Below, piece after piece: positions 24,738-27,568 of a DNA stretch of 27,568 bases. Made by a program: the position numbers and the translations under genes. The first letter of the stretch is position 1. Every line of letters starts with the position of its first letter. This DNA is from a virus (lineage: Duplodnaviria > Caudoviricetes). The notes beneath the pieces are model-generated. The model did no database searches, had not been told where the DNA came from, and saw only the letters and a program-made list of their open reading frames with translations. The stretch covers positions 1-27,568 of the IMG/VR virus record IMGVR_UViG_3300033067_000874; one strand, 5' to 3'.

Positions 24738-25375
24738 TAGCCTAGGCTTGGGTCATTGATTTCAATTCCAAAACCGCTCACCGTCACATTGCCGCCGGTC
24801 GGTGCGCTTTCGAGTTGCGCTGTCCACGATAGGCCATTGGGCAATCCATGCGGGCCAACGCCACTAAAAACGAACATTTTGGTTTCTTTTGAGGGGCAGC
24901 GAAATGGATACATCGTTGCATCTGCGGGCGCTGGTCGAATAAACACGCGGCATGGGTTGTCACTGTCATTGTCAACGATGAGGCATTTCAAATCTAGCAC
25001 CTCAGTAGCCGCGTTGAATGGGTTGGTGAGGAATTCCATCTCTGTGGTGTCGCTAAGAATGGCTTGGCCGGGATAACCACGCTGGTTGCCATACGGCATT
25101 TTGATGATTACATCGTTCATCTCCTGAACGGCCTGCATGGTGTTCAGAAATGTATTTTCGTTGTAGGTATCCGCAACGGGCATAGAGACAAGCCCGTTTG
25201 ACGTATCGCCAACCCGCGACGGGGCGATCTCGTCGCCAGTATCAGGGTCATACTGCGGAACCATCAGAAAGCCATCCTGATAAGCCCTCCCGTCAATCAC
25301 ATACACACTCATCCCAATTGCCTCCGGCGTTGGCGGTGTCATTCCACTATCAACGTTCTGTGTAATCTCTGCCAT
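24737..25375 (-). CDS. Hypothetical acidic protein with C-terminal beta-sandwich-like region
   Basis: 212 aa; strong SD AGGAGGT upstream. Confidence 0.75.
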   Translation of the reverse strand: MAEITQNVDSGMTPPTPEAIGMSVYVIDGRAYQDGFLMVPQYDPDTGDEIAPSRVGDTSNGLVSMPVADTYNENTFLNTMQAVQEMNDVIIKMPYGNQRGYPGQAILSDTTEMEFLTNPFNAATEVLDLKCLIVDNDSDNPCRVFIRPAPADATMYPFRCPSKETKMFVFSGVGPHGLPNGLSWTAQLESAPTGGNVTVSGFGIEINDPSLG

Positions 25376-25377
25376 AT

Positions 25378-25476
25378 CTATCGACCTCCTAAAAACATCA
25401 CCATTCCCGCCGCGCCCATACTGAGCGCAACGACTAAAACTAATTTCACGAACACCACTGCGTTTTGATGTGCCAT
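25378..25476 (-). CDS. Possible small single-pass membrane protein (32 aa; up to 49 aa if started at 25527)
   Basis: MAHQNAVVFVKLVLVVALSMGAAGMVMFLGGR; GAGG 5 nt upstream; fills an intergenic gap. Confidence 0.45.
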   Translation of the reverse strand: MAHQNAVVFVKLVLVVALSMGAAGMVMFLGGR

Positions 25477-25510
25477 GATTGCCTCAATGTGTGCCATCGT
25501 CGCTATCGTT

Positions 25511-25762
25511 CTACGGATGCCCTCCATAGCCTACGATCACCGCCTGCAACACCAACACCGCGCCCAACACGAACCCAAACACAACGCTGCCCACCCGCGC
25601 CCGTATCAATGCGCTGATGATGGTCTGCAACTTATCCAACTCCTCAAACAACCGCTTTGCCGCGTCGTCGGCATCCTCTGCGCTGACGATTAGGCCAGTG
25701 CCGGAGATGTAGCCGCACATCGTGAGGGCTGCGGCGCGCGCTGCGTTGGTGAGGATGGTCAT
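25511..25762 (-). CDS. Hypothetical membrane protein (helix plus C-terminal TM)
   Basis: VGSVVFGFVLGAVLVLQAVIVG hydrophobic segment; TAATG coupling. Confidence 0.6.
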   Translation of the reverse strand: MTILTNAARAAALTMCGYISGTGLIVSAEDADDAAKRLFEELDKLQTIISALIRARVGSVVFGFVLGAVLVLQAVIVGYGGHP

Positions 25763-26040
25763 TAAGAGTTCACATCCACGCGGCTATCCCAATTGCCGCC
25801 AATAGTTATCCATTTCGCCCCTGTTCCACCTGTTGACGTAATCGTGAATTTGTCATGGGTTGCTGGCCCGCGCCACCAATCCTCATATTTCTGAGGCGGC
25901 CAATACGGGATGTAGACAAACTCTTTCTGTTGCGGCTGTGGAATATCCATCAACGCCTTAATACGTTCCAACACCTCACGCGGGAATGTCTCAGCCCTTG
26001 AATCAAGTAAGCCGTCTAGGTATGCTGTCAATTTATCCAT
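25762..26040 (-). CDS. Hypothetical protein (92 aa)
   Basis: Start at ATG 26040 (MDKLTAYLDG) with TGATG coupling and GGAG upstream. Confidence 0.65.
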   Translation of the reverse strand: MDKLTAYLDGLLDSRAETFPREVLERIKALMDIPQPQQKEFVYIPYWPPQKYEDWWRGPATHDKFTITSTGGTGAKWITIGGNWDSRVDVNS

Positions 26041-26297
26041 CAATAATCTCCGTTCCAAACCGTCACCGCACACGTTTTAGTTACTGGCAATACGGCAATC
26101 AATGGCGGCAATTCGTCTCCGTGTGTGGCTTTTGTCCCGTCGTTCATGTTGTTTACGTGGATGCAAAGTAACGACCGCGCTAGATGCTCATTGTTGGCGA
26201 TTACTGCGGCATACCCATCTAGCCAAACGCCATCCATCTGAAACACATAAACGTTTTGCGGTGCGTCATAGCCATTCCACTCAGTAATTTGATTCAT
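26040..26297 (-). CDS. Hypothetical protein (85 aa)
   Basis: ATGA overlap with the upstream gene and GGAGG upstream; AAVIANNEHLARSLL motif. Confidence 0.65.
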   Translation of the reverse strand: MNQITEWNGYDAPQNVYVFQMDGVWLDGYAAVIANNEHLARSLLCIHVNNMNDGTKATHGDELPPLIAVLPVTKTCAVTVWNGDY

Positions 26298-27091
26298 GGC
26301 GCAGCCGTCGCCTCCTCGGTCGGTGTCGCCAGTGGTGAAACTAAAACACTCGTAGCCGTCGCGCTCGGCTCCACAGTCGGCGCTTGCGTGGCCGTCTCGG
26401 TCAGCAACGGGATAGGCGTAACCTCTACCGTGTCAGTCGCCACCGGTTGCGGCGTGGGGACGGGCGTGGGAATCGCGGTCGCTTTCGGCGCGTCGGTTGG
26501 CTGCGGTGTTGGCGGCGGCTCAATCGTCAACGTCGGCGCATACGTTGCGGTTGGCATCATTTCGAGCGTCACAATCACAACTGCCTCGGCAGGTGTTTGC
26601 TCTGGCCGTGGTGTCTCGGTGTTGATGGGGAACGCCAATGGCGTGTCTGTTGCGGTTGCTGCGTCGGTTGCCATTGGCGTTCCTGTGCTGTGATGAGATT
26701 CAATGTTGGCGTTAACGGTCGCCACGCCGGGAGGAACGGGGGTCAATGTTGGCTGTAATGACTGCGGGTAAATAGTGACAGGCACATCCAGCGCCTCAAC
26801 CTGTGCGGTCGGCGCTTCACTCAAAGGGATCATTGCGCTGCCTGTATTTACCATTTGCTCGACTTCGGATGTTGGCGCGAGTGTGGCCGAGATGACTAGG
26901 TGACTTGCTTTCAGTTCGGCTACGTGGGTCGCGGTCGCTCGTAATACCGCAACGGTGCGGGCCTCGGCAACCTGCGCCTGTATGTCTGTTGCTACCTGTG
27001 TCGTTGTCAGCCCCGCCGCAATACTCACCGAAATCACGAACGCCGCCGCTAACGCTGTTGAGTAGATGGCTGGTCTGCTAACCCTGAACAT
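26294..27091 (-). CDS. Membrane-anchored or secreted Pro/Thr/Ala-rich low-complexity protein
   Basis: N-terminal hydrophobic helix (STALAAAFVISVSIAAGL) followed by PT/AT-rich tracts. Confidence 0.75.
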   Translation of the reverse strand: MFRVSRPAIYSTALAAAFVISVSIAAGLTTTQVATDIQAQVAEARTVAVLRATATHVAELKASHLVISATLAPTSEVEQMVNTGSAMIPLSEAPTAQVEALDVPVTIYPQSLQPTLTPVPPGVATVNANIESHHSTGTPMATDAATATDTPLAFPINTETPRPEQTPAEAVVIVTLEMMPTATYAPTLTIEPPPTPQPTDAPKATAIPTPVPTPQPVATDTVEVTPIPLLTETATQAPTVEPSATATSVLVSPLATPTEEATAAP

Positions 27092-27395
27092 GATTCCCGC
27101 CTCTACGTTTGGTTGGTTTGTCGTCGTCTTTTGGCGGTTCAGGCGGGCGCTTAATGTCTTCGATCTTCTTGTTAATCTCCGCCTGTTCTACGCCATGTGT
27201 AAGGACACCGGTGAAATAGCTTGTCTGATTGGATGCTTGCATGAGTTCACGCAGCACCGTATCAAGACGATCCTCTAGCCCGTCGATCTTTCGCCTAAGC
27301 CTGAGATTGTCTTGATACATCAGATAAAACAGCACCCCCGCCAACAACAGCGCCAGCAATGTTGCGACGATGGAGCCAATAGCGCCCGGTGTCAT
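27078..27395 (-). CDS. N-terminal TM plus coiled-coil protein (lysis-cluster-like)
   Basis: IVATLLALLLAGVLFYLMY, then heptad-like LRRKIDGLEDRLDTVLREL and a charged tail. Confidence 0.7.
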   Translation of the reverse strand: MTPGAIGSIVATLLALLLAGVLFYLMYQDNLRLRRKIDGLEDRLDTVLRELMQASNQTSYFTGVLTHGVEQAEINKKIEDIKRPPEPPKDDDKPTKRRGGNHVQG

Positions 27396-27406
27396 TTGGT
27401 CAGCCG

Positions 27407-27568
27407 TTAGGCATCCCCTCGCTCAGTGCTGACCATTTCGCGTAACGCCATAATCTCTTGCGCCTTGTCCGATCCATGCACAATCTGCGTCACCAACAAA
27501 TTGACGAATGGCAACAGGATTTTGATGTATGGGTCAACAAGGTCGTTAATGAATGGCCGCTGCAACAC
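27407..27568 (-). CDS. 5'-truncated protein, possibly a holin C-terminus
   Basis: ...VLQRPFINDLVDPYIKILLPFVNLLVTQIVHGSDKAQEIMALREMVSTERGDA*; hydrophobic helix then charged tail. Confidence 0.45.
   Translation of the reverse strand: MLQRPFINDLVDPYIKILLPFVNLLVTQIVHGSDKAQEIMALREMVSTERGDA

Larger units (their letters stand above)
1..27568 (-). mobile_element. Siphovirus-like phage/prophage virion morphogenesis module
   Basis: Complete TerS-TerL-portal-capsid-neck-tube-chaperone-TMP-tip-fibre synteny, no sheath gene, no host housekeeping genes. Confidence 0.95.

Noticed and set aside
1-27568. Alternative genetic code, tRNA genes, CRISPR arrays, integrase/att sites
   Set aside because: Genes are full length in the standard code with all three stops used; intergenic space is minimal and no such elements were recognised by eye.

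Overview
The whole window is the late (virion morphogenesis) region of a long non-contractile-tailed dsDNA phage or prophage (siphovirus-like, HK97-type head), with every credible gene on the minus strand. Order of transcription (right to left): membrane/lysis-like cluster, small hypothetical genes, terminase small and large subunits, portal with a long C-terminal extension, HK97 gp10-like gene, fused prohead protease-major capsid gene, head-tail joining genes, two paralogous tail tube genes, tail chaperones with a -1 frameshift, tape measure, Dit-like and hub-like tail tip genes, a large receptor-binding protein, an SGNH esterase and a truncated gene at the left edge. The standout feature is a 336-aa intein in the terminase nuclease active site whose HNH homing endonuclease is not in the intein frame. 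It is a separate 240-aa overlapping ORF in the -1 frame, apparently with its own embedded extended -10 promoter giving a leaderless mRNA. Also notable is a twice-repeated cassette (-10 box, conserved 15-mer, terminator) in front of the packaging and capsid genes, which suggests antitermination control. All family assignments come from motif recognition and synteny by eye; no database searches were run.
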